Positions 1-13,602 are shown, counted from the whole stretch's first letter. The stretch is 56,202 nucleotides of DNA, filler included, from Sphacelaria rigidula (GCA_964200075.2; 4 parts of 4 records of this genome joined end to end with filler, not necessarily neighbours in it), one strand, 5' to 3'. Numbers and translations are program-made. The notes: generated by a model from the letters alone, not told the origin.

Positions 1-233
1 CAAAAGTTGCGTGGATACCCCTTGGACCAGCGATCAACTTTCTTCCCCCTTTTGGGCAACCAGGCCGAAGAAATCGTCCTAACCGTGGAATTTTGTGTAC
101 CCACGACATTCCCTCTCCACTGTTAAAACTCGGTGAGAAAAAAAATCAAATGTGACTGCACCCGGATTCGAAACAACAACAACCCAACAATCACCACGTT
201 TCAAAGTTACCGATTAAGCCGCCAGGGCGACCG
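1..233 (-). mobile_element. tRNA-derived SINE (family A), running off the contig start
   Basis: The reverse complement starts GCGGTCGCCCTGGCGGCTTAATCGGTAAC...TTCGAATCC (tRNA-like head). It continues with AACAGTGGAGAGGGA-ATGTCGTGGGTACACAA, which matches the copy at 12193. Confidence 0.65.
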
Positions 234-1214
234 CATATGAGCTTGACCAGCCTGCGGGCGGATTTGACGTTCGCAGGCGAATGCGATGGGCGATACTTGG
301 ACTTGGAGCGTAAACTTTGGTATGAGCAACACATGAGTAATGTAAATGAGTGACCTGAGAATGATTGCCCTCAACTTTGGAAAAAAAGCTCCAAACACCT
401 CCCGACGCATTCGCTTTTCCCAAACCGGGTTTGTAGAAATTCGGTCAACAGTATTTTCCAAGCCGCTCACCGGCTCACGTTTGGTTGTTGTGGTGTGATA
501 TTTCGTGTGGGCCCACGCGATGGCATAATCGACCAGACTCGGCGGTTCGGGTTGATTTCTTCTACTGCCTTGGGGCATCCTAGTACCGGTGAAGACCATT
601 TCTCAAAGGGAACGCCCCACCATCCATGAAAAATTGGGGAAAAAATGAAGGGCCATTTTTTCAATTCGGTACACATCTGTGGGCATAACATACTGAATTT
701 TTAGTCACATTTCGAAAATATGGGCCGGAATTTAGATGAGGCTCCAAGAGCAGTGTTCATATCTGCTCAAACTCCACTCAAAATGTGAAAAATAAGAAGA
801 GAACAAAACCAAGAAAAAAGGAAAGGTGTTTTTTTCAACATCATCATGCACTAGCGGTTTTTCATGCGATATTTCATAGAACTCTTGTAAACTGAGACGG
901 ACTATCCAGTTTCAGGGCATCCACCACCTCTGCTCGTAATATGTTGATTTTGGTATGGAAACTCACGTGCGGATATCTCCAGATAAATTACAAATTAGGT
1001 GGAGGTGAGGGTATCTATCATCTCCCCGTGCTCCAGGGAAAGAGAATACCAATAATCATTATACACTAAATGTATCGTTCGAGGTTTCATGTAGATTATC
1101 GTGTGGACGCGATCGCCAGACGGGATACGAATTAACTAGACATGGGGTTGAATCAACAAGAAAATATTGGCCCAGATTTTCGAGCAGATATGCACCCTTC
1201 TCTTGATCAGACGA

Positions 1215-3870
1215 TTAATACCATATGAGGATCACGGCCCGACTCGTCCGTGTCCATGAGATTTTGCTTTTGGAGCGGTATTCCTCGGACGTGAGTAGCT
1301 CCCTTATATCATGATCGGCATATACAATCCATCCTACACCTTCGAGACCGAGAAGATGGTACGCCATACTTAGCATTTCTTTTCTAGTCAAGCACCTGTA
1401 AGAAACGTTCGGCCCCTCGTCCACGGAACCTAGCCTGCCAGACATTTGGTTCGCGTGTCGGATGCGTCGACTGGCAGCCCCGGCGTCGCGCCGTTGCCCG
1501 TCCTCCACTGGCACCGGGGCACGAAGGTACGTCACTTTAAGGTGCGGGCCAACGTACTGGAACTCTCCACCCTCTGATCGGACCTCGACAACAACGTCAA
1601 CCTGACATCGGCGGGGGAAGAAGGGGCACGGGATGAGATGAAACGCCAGGTTCGACACACAACAAATAATCGAAGAGCTTCGGTGAGCCGGGGGTATTCC
1701 TCAACGTCGACGAGGTGGTACTCCAGGGAGCAGTCTTGGGTACGATTATTGAAAGGAAGACACGGTACATCATGTCGAGACGGCTTGAAAGGGCTTTCGA
1801 TACTTCGCGTGTGCTGTACGTGCGGCCGAAAAGCCTCACCTCAACCACTCTGATGTTCGCCGTGCTGTACAAGTCTGGCCAGATCTCGCGCATGCTGGGA
1901 TAGTAAACTGAGGCAAACGTGCGACCATTTGCGCCAACCTGCAGCAGTGCGTGCGCACCGAGTGGAGGTGAGATGAGCGGAAGGTGACCTTGTTAGTGAG
2001 TCCGGCGACTTTCTCCATGTTGCAAGAATCATGCAGTTGGTGCTCACCTGAGAGCAAACCAGACGAGAACCTTTTCACATTGGAAGACTCGTATCCAGGA
2101 CATTACGGGCAAAAACTCAATCTCGTCAAAGTTGTAGGGTTTCTGTAAGATACTCCATGGCACGATTGATGCGATACATCAAAATGATACTTGAATGTGA
2201 TTCATATATGCTTCACTCAGTTGTGACCAACCCAACAAAACTGTTTCGCCACACGCAGAAAACACTCGCCTGGATCGGTCCAGCCACCTTCGTGACCTTG
2301 TGCACCGAGTCCACACCGAAGTGAGCTGTCACGGTGAGACTTCGCAGGTCTACGCCCGTACGGTCGAGGCCGCTAAAAACAAGGTGACACTGGTTTGCTG
2401 CGGAAGCCAACGAAGCCGCCGCTCGTGCACTCAGGCTGCCAGAACTTCGTCCGCTCATGAGCGCGCTCGTTGCGCTCGCAGCACAGCCTTCAAAATCAAC
2501 CTCCTGCAGAGACATACAAAAGAATCCACGGAAACCAATTTTTTAGTAAAAGTTTAGTTGCATCAGATTGGTTTACTTTCAAGACAAGAGACGTATATAG
2601 TTCGATTCCCCCCAGAAAAATCAATGGCACAAGCCGCCATTTGTCTAGTATGCGGCACTGCTCAAGGGAAAGGAAAATTGCGCGTCGAATCATGAGGGGT
2701 AGAATGTAAGAAGCCGTACCCAAAAAATATACGGGAAGCGACCTCCAACACCCTACCCAAATTTGCGAAAACTCGAAGCACGAGTTTTGAAATATTACGC
2801 GATTGAGCATACCCTGCTCTACCCGACCTTGGAAAATTCAAACTTATTTCCTGGTACAAAATCGTCGACAACCCATCGAAAATATATATCTAAGGGAGGA
2901 CAACGGGTCTCCACAACATACCTCGAATGCACTCGGGTCGAAAATTCGTGACCGCGTTTCCCTTTTTCGTGACTGGTCGTGTATCTCCACTCGACCCTTT
3001 GACTCTTGAGGGTGGGCCACCGGCAGAATCGGCATCAATATTGACTTGAAAAAAGTGTAGGTGATCCACACGGACTACCCACACCGGAGTCCAAGGGTTA
3101 ACCCGGTTTGCGACACGAACATGCGGTTATGCCGCTCAATTTTGGGTGATTTTTCGTAGGATTTCCGACACCATGAACGGGACATGTGCAAAGAAAAGAC
3201 CCCATCATCTCTTCCCCGCATTCTTTTCCGCGTGTCACTGGCTATCAAATATTCAACCATAGTCTTTTCCGCAACTGAGTTGTGAAAACTTGGGGGAAAT
3301 TATGTAGGAGGGATGATGGGTCTGAGCGCATATCTACGCATCATCTCAAAACTTCACATCAAACGATCCGAACTCCTCGTCCACATTCCCGTCAGTGTCT
3401 TGGGTAGCTCAGCCTGTAGCAAAAGACGAGTCCAACGATTGAATTCGGAGAGTAAAGGACTTCCCAGACTGGATTTTTACCCACTCCGAAATCTCGGGAT
3501 GGATGCATACTCAGGTCCCCACTGCAGCAGATTCTCCAAGACAAGTTTGACAGGCAAGATGATGCTGATAACATCAGGCCGACTTTGGAGCCTCACACGT
3601 CTCCTGCAGCGTTCACTTCCCGTCTCTACCGTCTAATCGATCAATAAGACAAGGATCGGCGAGCGTTTCATTTGCGAACGCTGAACCGTTGTGTGTACAT
3701 CGACAATGAATACGAGGAGTCAGAACCAGGACCTCGTGAGGGAGCGGACGTCATCCCGGGGAAAGTGAGCACCTCCAAGTGTGCCGTGCCACCTGGGACA
3801 TACACGACACCCAAAGTGGAATGAAACGCTGATGTGCCCATGGAAATGCACCATCCTGTACGGCTGAAAA
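1215..3870 (-). pseudogene. Possible decayed or short-intron multi-exon coding region of unknown function, downstream of the 437-aa ORF
   Basis: Several pyrimidine-tract+CAG acceptors on the minus strand (~3864, ~2505, ~2048, ~1602), each followed by protein-like stretches (e.g. EVDFEGCAAS..., VDVVVEVRSEGGEFQYVGPHLKVTYLR...). In-frame stops prevent a clean gene model. Confidence 0.25.
2987..3102 (-). mobile_element. ~105-bp TTAA/CCCTT-type MITE copy
   Basis: Ends ACCCTTTGAC...CAAGGGTTAA. The core (GAATCGGCATCAAT-TTGACTTGAAAAAAG...GATCCA) is the reverse complement of the copy at 55775. Confidence 0.55.
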
Positions 3871-3994
3871 AGAGAGGAAAGGGCAAACGTGCAGCAAAAA
3901 TAGGAAAGACACAGCTACTCCCAAAATTGCGCCTTTCCTCGGAGGGCGGCAATTTTTGCGCTGACGATAACCAAGCTGACCTGACCTAACTAAA

Positions 3995-5308
3995 TCAACC
4001 CCTTGACCGCCAAGTCGGATCAGTATGGTTTGGTCGTTTTGATTCTTCAAGTGCGAGTGATGATTCAACAGATTGCCCCCTTTGGTGGATCGAGGGTAAC
4101 AACCGAGTAAATGATCCACCCACAATATCGCTGTACGTACGAAGAACCACTCTCGGGAGCGGACCTTGTGATTGGCTAGTCAAGCTCGAGGCAAATGCAG
4201 AGGATGCGCGCTCGAGGACCACAGTTCCCCCTTTCGCAACACAAGACGTCACAAGAGTACACACCTTCCGAGAAGGCTCAACCATCACTTTCTCCATGGA
4301 CATACTGTCGGACATCCATCTCGCGCTCCCCGTTTCCTGTGATTTTCCGCCCGCGCCAGCATCCGCGCTCGTGGTGGATATACCGCTTTGATGACGAGAG
4401 GGTGCACCGTTAACGGTGGAATTGCAATCGCCTGATCGGAACAAGTTATCCACATCTGCCAAATCCATGATATTGCCGCTCGAGAACTCCCCGTCTCCGA
4501 TTGGTGTGGTATCGAACGACCATCCGCCGCGTAGGGGGGCACCGGATTGTGGTGCGGGCATGGGCGAAAGCAACCCCCCACCGCCATCGCTTTGTGTCGT
4601 CCAGTGTCCGCTGCTACCCTGCTGTGAGGCCAAAAGGAAGGGTTCGAACTCGTGCTTGACACCCGAGGATCGCGGGCTACACAGGTCCACAGACGACACG
4701 TCCAGGGAGTGTGTGGAGGATATATTCGATCGACTCGCGCCTTGGCCACCGACGGGAGGGGAGGTCATGCGGCGCACCACGTCATCCCACTGTTGGCCGG
4801 TTCCCGACAGACCTCGCTGTACCTGTTGCTGCTGTGGTGCTTGCTGCTGCTGCTGCTCCTGCGGTGGAGGCGGCGGCGGCTGTTGGACACCGACCGCCTG
4901 CTGTGGTGGTTGAGCATCTCTTTGGTGGGGTGAAGTGTGATTCATACGTAACTGCTGCATTACGCGTTCGTTCGTGGCAGCTGCGCGTGCATCCACTGCC
5001 GCTGTCGCGGCCACGTCCGCCGTGGCCGCCTGCTGCTGTGGTGCTGGAGACTGGGAAGAGCTGGCGGGCGGCCGTCCCTCCTGATCCCCACCGGGATGGG
5101 CGGAAAAGAGAGTCTTGCGCGGTGTGGCCGCGTCATCATGACCCCCGGCATTGGAAATGGCCGCGCTTTTCCCTGCCTTATCTTCCCCTTGAGGGTTGTC
5201 CATGGTCGACGTGACTGTGTTCTTCTTAGCGTCCTCTCCATCTGGATTTTTTTTTTGGGGGGAAAGGGGGTGGGTTGGGGGGAAAGCTGGAGATGTGGAT
5301 GTGGACAC
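3995..5308 (-). CDS. 437-aa low-complexity (poly-Q/P/A, Ser/Gly-rich) hypothetical protein or large exon
   Basis: 1.3-kb open frame with CAG/CCG microsatellite-encoded QQQQQ/PPPPP runs. No recognisable domain; start codon uncertain. Confidence 0.5.
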   Translation of the reverse strand: MSTSTSPAFPPTHPLSPQKKNPDGEDAKKNTVTSTMDNPQGEDKAGKSAAISNAGGHDDAATPRKTLFSAHPGGDQEGRPPASSSQSPAPQQQAATADVAATAAVDARAAATNERVMQQLRMNHTSPHQRDAQPPQQAVGVQQPPPPPPQEQQQQQAPQQQQVQRGLSGTGQQWDDVVRRMTSPPVGGQGASRSNISSTHSLDVSSVDLCSPRSSGVKHEFEPFLLASQQGSSGHWTTQSDGGGGLLSPMPAPQSGAPLRGGWSFDTTPIGDGEFSSGNIMDLADVDNLFRSGDCNSTVNGAPSRHQSGISTTSADAGAGGKSQETGSARWMSDSMSMEKVMVEPSRKVCTLVTSCVAKGGTVVLERASSAFASSLTSQSQGPLPRVVLRTYSDIVGGSFTRLLPSIHQRGQSVESSLALEESKRPNHTDPTWRSRG

Positions 5309-6899
5309 TGAGTTTGCTGGTCAGCAACGAAAGTTCGAGGTGTTGCGGTATAATGATCGGCAATTATTCATGCCCGAGGGTCGCCTGCACCGTGACCGAA
5401 CCACCGACAATTCCTTGGGTTGGCGTTCATCGCACCATGTGGAGTAGCCAGCAACACGTTCCAAAGTGGCGCGTTCACTCCGGAGAAATTGTAGAGGTGA
5501 ACCCACACTTCGGTACACTTGGCTCTGGATCAACGACCAGTTCTACAGGTGTTTCGCTGTTCAAAATGAACGCTAACGTGAATGGAGTACTGAGTCATAT
5601 TCATGTTGCAAGAAATATTGTTGAGGCCAATGGATTTTTGCCCATCCGCAGATCAGTATCATCAGAGTTCAAAAGACAAGAGGTTGCGCTTCCTCCAGCA
5701 CTCCCATGCCGACATACTAATTCCGATTCTGCTTCGAATCAGTTTCCCACGCATGAAATTCCGTAGGAAGCCTTTACTCGGTCATGGACTATATATTTGA
5801 AGCTTTCGAATAATGTCGGACGACGAAACCACAGCACGGGCATAACGACACCATAGCGAGAAGGTGGCGGCGGAAAACGAGGAAAACGGTTGTTTGCAAG
5901 ACCGTCCATGTCGGGCCTCGTTATCCTTCATCGAAAATGTACCCTTCACATCGAGTCACTCGATGAACACAAATTGATTGCCATGTTGGGAGGCCAATAG
6001 CATAACCACCCACCTGCTCACCATTTGCCTGTTGGACTTTTTTCAACGGTCTTCATACACCAATTTCTAGGTTGCGGCGTATATTTATAAGGTGCCATGT
6101 TTAGCACTTTGGACCTTCGCAAGGTGTGTCTGAGAAACGACAAAAGTCACGACGCAGTTGGTCCATCGCTCACGATGAAGGAACATCCGCTCCATGACAA
6201 CACGGCGGAAAATGTGCGGGAAGGGATTGGGGCGAGAGGGGGGCGAGGCGTATTCATTCGTTGCTTGTCATAGTCGTTCCACCATGGACCACGCATCCCC
6301 CTCTAGACGGAAGAAGGGTTGAAGAGGAGGTGAGATACCTACCGGTTTTGGGACAACGACGGTATCCAGCCGTGTGTGCGTGTGTGTCCAGGCCGATCCA
6401 CGCGTTGTCACCATATCTTATATTCTTTTCCGAATCTCTTCACGGAGTCGATTAGGGAATATTACAAGCTGAAACGCATGTTATTTCTCCGGGTTCGCGC
6501 ATTTGGCAGGGCCCCCGCGCCAACCGAGTGTGATGCTTTCTCGAATCTGGTTGTTGTGCTCTACTTCGCGCACGTAAGGATTCATTGTTTCAAGTCATGA
6601 GCGAAATCAGTAAGAGACAATTCCACACGGGTGTATAATACTGGACCTGGTAAGAATGCAAGCGAAGACCCGCGATGCGGCTGCGATGGTATCGGCGTGA
6701 AATACCTCGACAAATCAGATCTTGAATCACACCGTGTTTCGGCAACGCGACCCTGTCGTTGAGGTTTAGGGTGAGGTCTCTCGACCTCACAGTGCATGAC
6801 CCTTACTTTTGAGATTATCGGCATGGGGAAAGCGAGGACAGACCGGTGGGAAGGATGATTTTGGAGAGTCATCAGGAGGCATCATGTGAAATTCGGGCA

Positions 6900-7345
6900 C
6901 CGACGGTTGAACCTTTAAAACGCGAGGCTAGTCTAATCTGGATCATGAGTACTTCTCTCAAGTAAAATTGGTGCCGATCCAACAGATGACCCACTCTCGC
7001 TGTCTCAGGGCCAACCCTTAGACCGCGAGATGAGTCTTTTGGGTCATGCATACTTTTTTTCAGTCGAAATTGATGCCGAGTCAATAGAACAGGACACTAA
7101 CTTCGCGCTCCGAGGGTTGAACCTCGAACGACCAGGGTACTTCACCCGGTGAACCGGCATCAAGTTCACTCAAACGTATGTGTGATCCAGATGAACTACC
7201 CACATCGCGGTCCAAGGGTTGAACTGTTCTGGAACCGAAAGCCCGATACATAGTGCTAGCATGCAGGGACCCTTCGGTGAATCGGAGCAATTTCTAGTCG
7301 TGTGTCATGTAAAATTGATGCCGATTTACAAGACGGCCGCTGCGC
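6900..7345. mobile_element. Cluster of 3-4 tandem/inverted TTAA-type MITE copies
   Basis: Repeated AACCCTT(A)GACCGCGAG...AAATTGATGCCGA...CGCGGTCCAAGGGTT units in both orientations. Confidence 0.6.
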
Positions 7346-7559
7346 GCATACACCGTGTACCTGGGAATTTGCTCCTCAACGGATTGATGTGGGGAATACC
7401 GACGTCACGAATGAACAATCCCCGGCGGTGTTACATGGAAACGAATTGCGAACGGCCACAACCCAACAAACACTTTCCAGGGCATGTCTGAGCATACTAG
7501 TGTTCGATCGATCTTGAGCGGTAGAAGGCAAAAAATTTCAACGTTGTGTATAGTCGGGG

Positions 7560-7995
7560 TTTTCTGCCGGGTATTTGCCCGACAGTCCCGTGATACCTGA
7601 ACGACTTCCAAACCCTCACCCGATGGTTTTGTTCGTCCTTCAAGCCCCAATATCGTCACCTAGGGGCACGGGTATGCATTTGATGAGATACCTGGTTGCG
7701 GGTGCGGATTTCTGTGCAACTCCCACACCCTCCTGATCCGACAGATTCTGTGAGTTTTGTAAGCCTTCCATACCCTCCGTACCCGAAACTTTTGTTTGTC
7801 ATCGACAAAAACTTCACCCCCAAACTGGAGGGGCGAGTATGCCTCAATAGAGTTACCCGATTGCCACTACCGGTTTTTTGCTAGCCTCACACGCCGTACC
7901 CGAAATGTTCTGGATCTTCTGTACGACTTTCATCCCGCTACACGACGGTTCGGTGAGTTCTGTGAGGAATCCAATACCCTACAGAACATCCTACA
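7560..7995. repeat. Degenerate satellite-like repeat (CCGTACCCG...TTCTGTGAGTT-TGT motifs)
   Basis: Recurring CCGTACCCGAAA, TTCTGTGAG and TTCTGTACGAC motifs. Confidence 0.4.
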
Positions 7996-8424
7996 CACAC
8001 AACCTTGATAATTCTAATCCATCAGATCGAGCTGCATGTTTTCTACTGCACTTTTTCGATCGAGAGATGATGCCTCAAGCCACAGATCCACGAGAAGTAT
8101 AGTTGCATACTTTCGAGGGTGCCATAGTTGATCTTTGGTTCGACTCAAGGTGAAGGTGGATGGCGAAATCCGGACCCTGGGTTCGTTCTCATCGGAGAGG
8201 ATGTTCCGATGCCTCGCACGTTACACGGTACTCGTTACACATTTCACATCACACATTACACATTCCGTGTCAAAAGTTCCGTTGGGTGAGTAATTCAGTG
8301 GGTAATCATGTGGAGCGCCCTGATTTGAGTCGACTTCCGAACAGAGTTCCGTACGTGACCCACGTTCCTCACCGTAGTACTAGCCTGGGGGGTGGTCCAT
8401 CTGGGTAACATATTTCTTCGAGTA

Positions 8425-8730
8425 ACGTTCATCCCGATTCGGTAGGTAACCTACCCTCGGGCTCAACCCTTAGAACGCGAGATTAGTCTTTCTTACATTA
8501 TCATTATTATTTTATCCATCACATCAGCTCGATCTCTCGAACCCGTCTTTCTATATCATGCAAATTTTTTTCGTGAAATTGATGCCGATTCAACCCAAGA
8601 CTCATCTCGCGGTTCAAGGATCAACCCTTCGACCGCGAGGGTAGGTCACCCGCTGAATCTGCATCAATTTTGACTTGAAAAAGTATAGGTTATCCAGACG
8701 GACTACCCGCACCGCGGTGTAAGGGTGAAA
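8425..8730. mobile_element. Cluster of TTAA-type MITE copies
   Basis: CAACCCTTAGAACGCGAG...AAATTGATGCCGATTCA...CTCGCGGTTCAAGG, followed by CAACCCTTCGACCGCGAG...CGCGGTGTAAGGGT. Confidence 0.6.
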
Positions 8731-9773
8731 GGGAGAACTTTCAAGAGTGAAACGTGAAACGGTAGGGTCCTGGGATGCATTCGGTCACAATCCTTGTTTC
8801 ACGGGAGGTTGTCCCCGTAACGACCACTCTTGAGTCCTATCGAGGAGCGACCTTGTACAGATCGAGTCCACAATCTGCACGCAAGTTAAGAAATGCGGCG
8901 GGTCTGGAAGTGGTGGTTAGTCCAAGGTGTCGCTACAGGGTAGACGAAACATATCAACACAACGCTCACACCCAGCCCCGGAGAACACGTAGAGAAACAA
9001 CCCCTCAAACTCATGCGCATTAGTGTCACCGCCAACCCTTGCTCATATACACACGTAGGTCTTCACCGGAAATGCGTTTTGTATTGGACAAATGGCGCCC
9101 GCATGAGTGTCAGAATAAACGGACTAGTGTCGTTGCCGGCCGTTGTGTGAACGTGTGCTGTGCACGCGTTACATACTAATTATGATTTCCCCCTCAACTC
9201 AAATAAATTTGAGCAGGGTCAAGCACAACATGTACAGCTGGTGAGCAGCCACGGCTCGGGCCGCGTGTTTCTGGTTTGCGGAACAACTACATATCTCAGG
9301 GTCAGCTCTGATTGTGTTAGTTTATGTGGTAACCCATTGCATGCGCCCCTGTCAACAGGAGATGTATGTTCCCGTTCGGGTTGTCCAGGAACCGCCTCTT
9401 CGAATTGGGATCCGAGAAAGTATGCAGGAAGTGCTTCTGTGCTTCCTGAAATCCCCTCGAAAGGGGAGGTCGAAGATCGGAACGTGGCGAGATCTGCGGT
9501 TCGTGAAACGGGTACGAATAAGAACAATCTAGGCGAATGTGAGGGCAATTGTGGAACGGTCGATGCGAACAAATAGCTATACGAGCTACACCAACTCAAA
9601 AGTGGGTAGAAGTTGCTCACACTGCAGCTTCCCCGAATTCCTGAATGAATCCGATGTAAGCTTACCGCTAAACTGTAGACCCACCGTATGACAAGGAGCT
9701 GCGTCGCTGTTCGATTGGCAGCGTCTCGTCAATGACGTCATCGTACTTCAAAAAGTACGGGGTGTCTCATACC

Positions 9774-9881
9774 GTCAACCCCTAAACTGCGAGGGTAGTC
9801 CACCCGAATCATATATACTTTTCTTCACTTGAATTTGATCGCCGATCCAACAGAAGACCAACCTCGCGGTACAGGGGTTAA
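9774..9881 (+). mobile_element. TTAA-type MITE copy
   Basis: TCAACCCCTAAACTGCGAGG...CCTCGCGGTACAGGGGTTAA imperfect terminal inverted repeats around the family core. Confidence 0.6.
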
Positions 9882-11749
9882 GCGATAGCGTGTGGGAGTG
9901 CGACTTTTCCACGAACGCGGCGGGTTCACGTCCTCAACCACCCAGAATTTGGTATTTTTGGGGTACAGCAGCGTCACGCAAAACGTTGCACGCACGGCCC
10001 AGGTAGCCGATTCTTTAGCTGAAATTCCACGGAGACCTGCTGCCCTCAAGAAAATGATGAGTATCTGGCGCAGCTGCAGATTCTCATTTGTTTCCTGGAC
10101 TTGGAAAAATATCTCGCTAACCCTTTCGGGACCGGACTCCCGGGAGCATGTGAGTTGCACGACGGGGGCCTTTCGTGAATCGGTATCGTTTTCAGTCGTT
10201 TCCACGTGAAAGTGATACCAATTAACGGAAACGCCCTTGCGTGCAAACCACATGTTTCTGGGAGTCCGGTCCCAAAAGGATTAATGCTGAATTTTAAATA
10301 CTAACAATTTCTCGTTCCTGGTTTCTTTTGCTGGTCTCGTCATGTTCTGCACGTCCATTATAATGAGCTGGTGTCAAAATCAAAGCGTCCAACTCGTTAT
10401 TTCACGCCGTGCAACATCTGAGCAAGTATACCACCCTTGTTGGCTGGGCCAGCTCGCATGTTAGCCAGGCAGGTTGACATTCAGGCTTGGGGCAAGGGGA
10501 AGAGAAGGGGCTAAACGTTAGCTTGAATTTTCATATTTTCCCCACCCACTCGTCCGGATGTGTATGGTTAATGCTTGCTTGGGTGTGTTTAGTTGACATC
10601 GTGTATTCACCGCCGGGGTGAATAATACATCAATATCGTGATCAAATCGGGAGGGACAAGCTTCTGTCATTGTGTATCAGCACGACTTCCATGTGAAATG
10701 ACAAGAGGCGTGTGAAAGTTTATCAAGTAACAGGAATGAACTCGTACACAAATGTGTATGTTACATTCCGGCTTAGATTTGCGTTGCGTCACAGTTGATA
10801 ATTCCCATGACCTATTTTGGAACCCTCCCCTCCCTCCCCCGGCCAGACACCCCATAATTTCAAGTTGTGTAAAGAAAAGATGAGAACAGAAAATACCGAC
10901 GGCACCAATTTTCACCGTAGAAGACCAAAGGAAAGTCCAGAAGCATACGTCATGGATGTACCGAGAATGAAACCCCGGAGCGGTCAGGCTGGGTTGGGAA
11001 AATGATACGAAACGACGGGCGGAGTGTGTCCATCTGTATCCATCGACAAAACTCTCGTGAAACAGTACAACTCCCTTTCATCTGATATTTGTCAGTGTGG
11101 AATACCTGAATGTGTGTTAGGTGTGCGAACATGTCACATCAGCACAATTGAACTCAGAGGTGGTGGTGGTGTTGTTGTCGTTGTTGTCTTCTGGGTGGTG
11201 CACTCGTATACTTGAAATTTGACTGGAGCACCGTTTTGGACGGCTGCATCAAGACTTGGCGAGCGTGGAAACCCGCAGCTTGCGGTGACATTGATTTGGC
11301 AGAGCAAGTGAAAATCCTACCGCACAGATTATCGCACGCGAAGTTTCGTTCAGCGGCCAATCTCGGAGCCTCGGAGCCAAGCAAATCCGGAATAGTGGGC
11401 TAGGCTCCTCTTTGTGGGGTGATGCAAGGTGTCGGAGACATGTGTTGGCGATTGTCCCTGTTGGAGGGGCGGAACGTCAGCCGAACATCCCAGGAGTGAA
11501 CAATCCGTGGGCCAAAAATCTGTTCCATAGTTTCGTGAAGAGAGCAAATTGTTGTTCACCTGGAGGGGGGGGGGGGGTTTTCGGGGGGAGGGGGGGAGCG
11601 GTCGTTTTTGAAAAAATGGAATATCCTCTTCGAACCCTACGACCGCGGGCGTATGTCACCCGAATGATCAAGATCACTCGAGGAAATGCGTGGATCCGAT
11701 TGACTACCCGCATCACGATCCGAGGGTCGAGGGCTAGGAAGGGCCCTCA

Positions 11750-11900
11750 CTGGGGCTGTGCTCCACGCGTGCGCAAAAAGTCATGTCGAAGTCGGGGTCT
11801 ATGGCACCGATTCGAGGTCTGGCAACGCTCACGTTGACCGAGGGTTCTCGGTGTGCCTCCGTCGGGGTTGGGGTAGGGTTCAGCGTAAGTGCTCGAGTTG
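11750..11900 (-). repeat. Fragment of the telomere-repeat-bearing TIR element family (homologous to 31960-32130)
   Basis: CCGATTCGAGGTCTGGCAACG...CCGAGGGTTCTCGG-TG...TCGGGGTTGGGGTAGGGTT closely matches the reverse complement of 31960-32070. Confidence 0.5.
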
Positions 11901-12192
11901 CATCATTTTTTCAACCCTCCCAAGTGATGTCCTCCAGCCCGCAACACGGTATTTCGTGTTGTAGCGACCCGCACGTACATCGCTCTGGTTTCCTCGAATT
12001 AGTTCAGACTATGGTGACATCACGAATACTCCGTGTTGACGCCACTAGAGTTGACATGAGGACACTTGTACGCCCCCTCATGTAAATACCATGGCGCTGA
12101 CATCCAGGCGACATGAGGAGGACCGTCAAGCAGAATTTCTCCAGTGAACATGAGAGACACAAGGGAAATGGAAGGGGGTTTCCACAGTTCAC

Positions 12193-12546
12193 GCCGGTCG
12201 CCCCGGTGGCTCATTTGGTAACCTCTTTGCCTCTTGGCGGTTGAGTTGTGTGGTTCGATTCCCGGAGCGACCGGGATTTTTTCTTTCACCATGCCCAACA
12301 GTGGAGAGGGACCATGTCGTGGGTACACAATATTCGACTTGACGGTCGACGAGGGAACGGGACGGCTGGTCCCCTCTCGCGACAAAATAAAAAGGCAAGG
12401 ACCGCGGAAGGAAGGTGGGGTACTAAAAACAAATAAAAAAGCTCCCGTTTTGATTTTCTTCCTGTGTAACCCCGGCTGATACGCCGACATATCCCGAAAG
12501 GGGTGGACTGGCGCCCAGAATAGATGGGACGATAACACACTCACAA
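12193..12546 (+). mobile_element. Near full-length tRNA-derived SINE (family A)
   Basis: Pol III A-box TGGCTCATTTGG (~12206) and B-box GGTTCGATTCC (~12252), then a ~280-bp body ending GATGGGACGATAACACAC. The body recurs at 1-150 and 13244-13492. Confidence 0.75.
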
Positions 12547-13243
12547 ACCCTGGATCAGGTCATTTAGAAAAACAGGAGCAGGATTATCGAGTTCGGGCAC
12601 ACACAGGCGCAACAAGGCAGTAGCATCAGGGATGCAGGCGCGGGTCAATCCTCTTGCAAAAATGGCATCGCGTTCATTTTCACGGTATTGGTACGCTCGA
12701 CTCACGTATGCTTTCATGTGTGATTCACGTCATCGGGATCATTTTCGAAACTCTTCGAGGCGGCAAGACATTACCTCGAAATTTCGGCCACCAAATGCCC
12801 GTGGAGCGTGCGAGCAGATCATAAAGTGCTCAAAGTGCCCGACGTAAAACCCGCAACAACACAGGTTTCACCTTGATTCATGTGTCAGATACTGTCGACA
12901 CAGGGGTGTTTGTTCTTCGCCGAATCGGTGTGCTCGGTGTTGTACCCGGCGCAACTCCCAATAGATTTGGCATCATAACATGTGTGCGCAAAAATCGCGA
13001 AAAAAAACACGATGCACAAAAAAGTCATGCCCGAATCTGCGCTAGCCACACGATTTAAACCAGCGACTATGAAGGAAAGGGCATAAACGCATCACAGTCG
13101 CATCAGGTACTTCTCCATACGCGGGGCTCTTGATTTCTCAAAACCCTCAGGATAAGTTTGGAGTGCGGCTTGCCAGCAACGAGGTGTGGTGACAGCCATG
13201 CTCCCACCGCATCTTGTTTACTCAAATTTCCAAGGGAGTCGAA

Positions 13244-13492
13244 CCAGAGGCGACCACGTCCCGAGGTACACAGAGTTCGACTTGCTGGTCCATGAGGAAA
13301 AGGGACAGGGTGCTGAACCCCTCTCGAGACAAAAATTAAGGGCAGGTACCGCAGGAGAAAGGTGGAGAACCAAGTCAAAAAAGGATAAACTCCTATGAAG
13401 GCCTCCCTCCTGGGTGACCCCGGCTGGTGCACCCACATACACCAGAATATTGAGACCAGTGTACGGTGCAGATGGGACAACACACACGACAC
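13244..13492 (+). mobile_element. 5'-truncated SINE (family A) body
   Basis: Collinear with 12300-12545 (GGTACACA, CCCCTCTCG-GACAAAA, ACCCCGGCTG, GATGGGAC-ACACAC). Confidence 0.6.
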
Positions 13493-13602
13493 GGGGGCGC
13501 AGACATGCGCCAGTGCATCAGGTACTCTTCAAGGTTCGAGCCACGGCTCACGGGTGAAATGATAAGCTCGACTCTCTTCGTCGACGAACCTCCGAATTAT
13601 GC

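Noticed and set aside
12193-12270. Functional tRNA gene (also 151-233, 28156-28230, 54281-54360)
   Set aside because: A/B boxes are present but there is no clean cloverleaf, and where visible the heads continue into a shared repeat body, so they are SINE heads.
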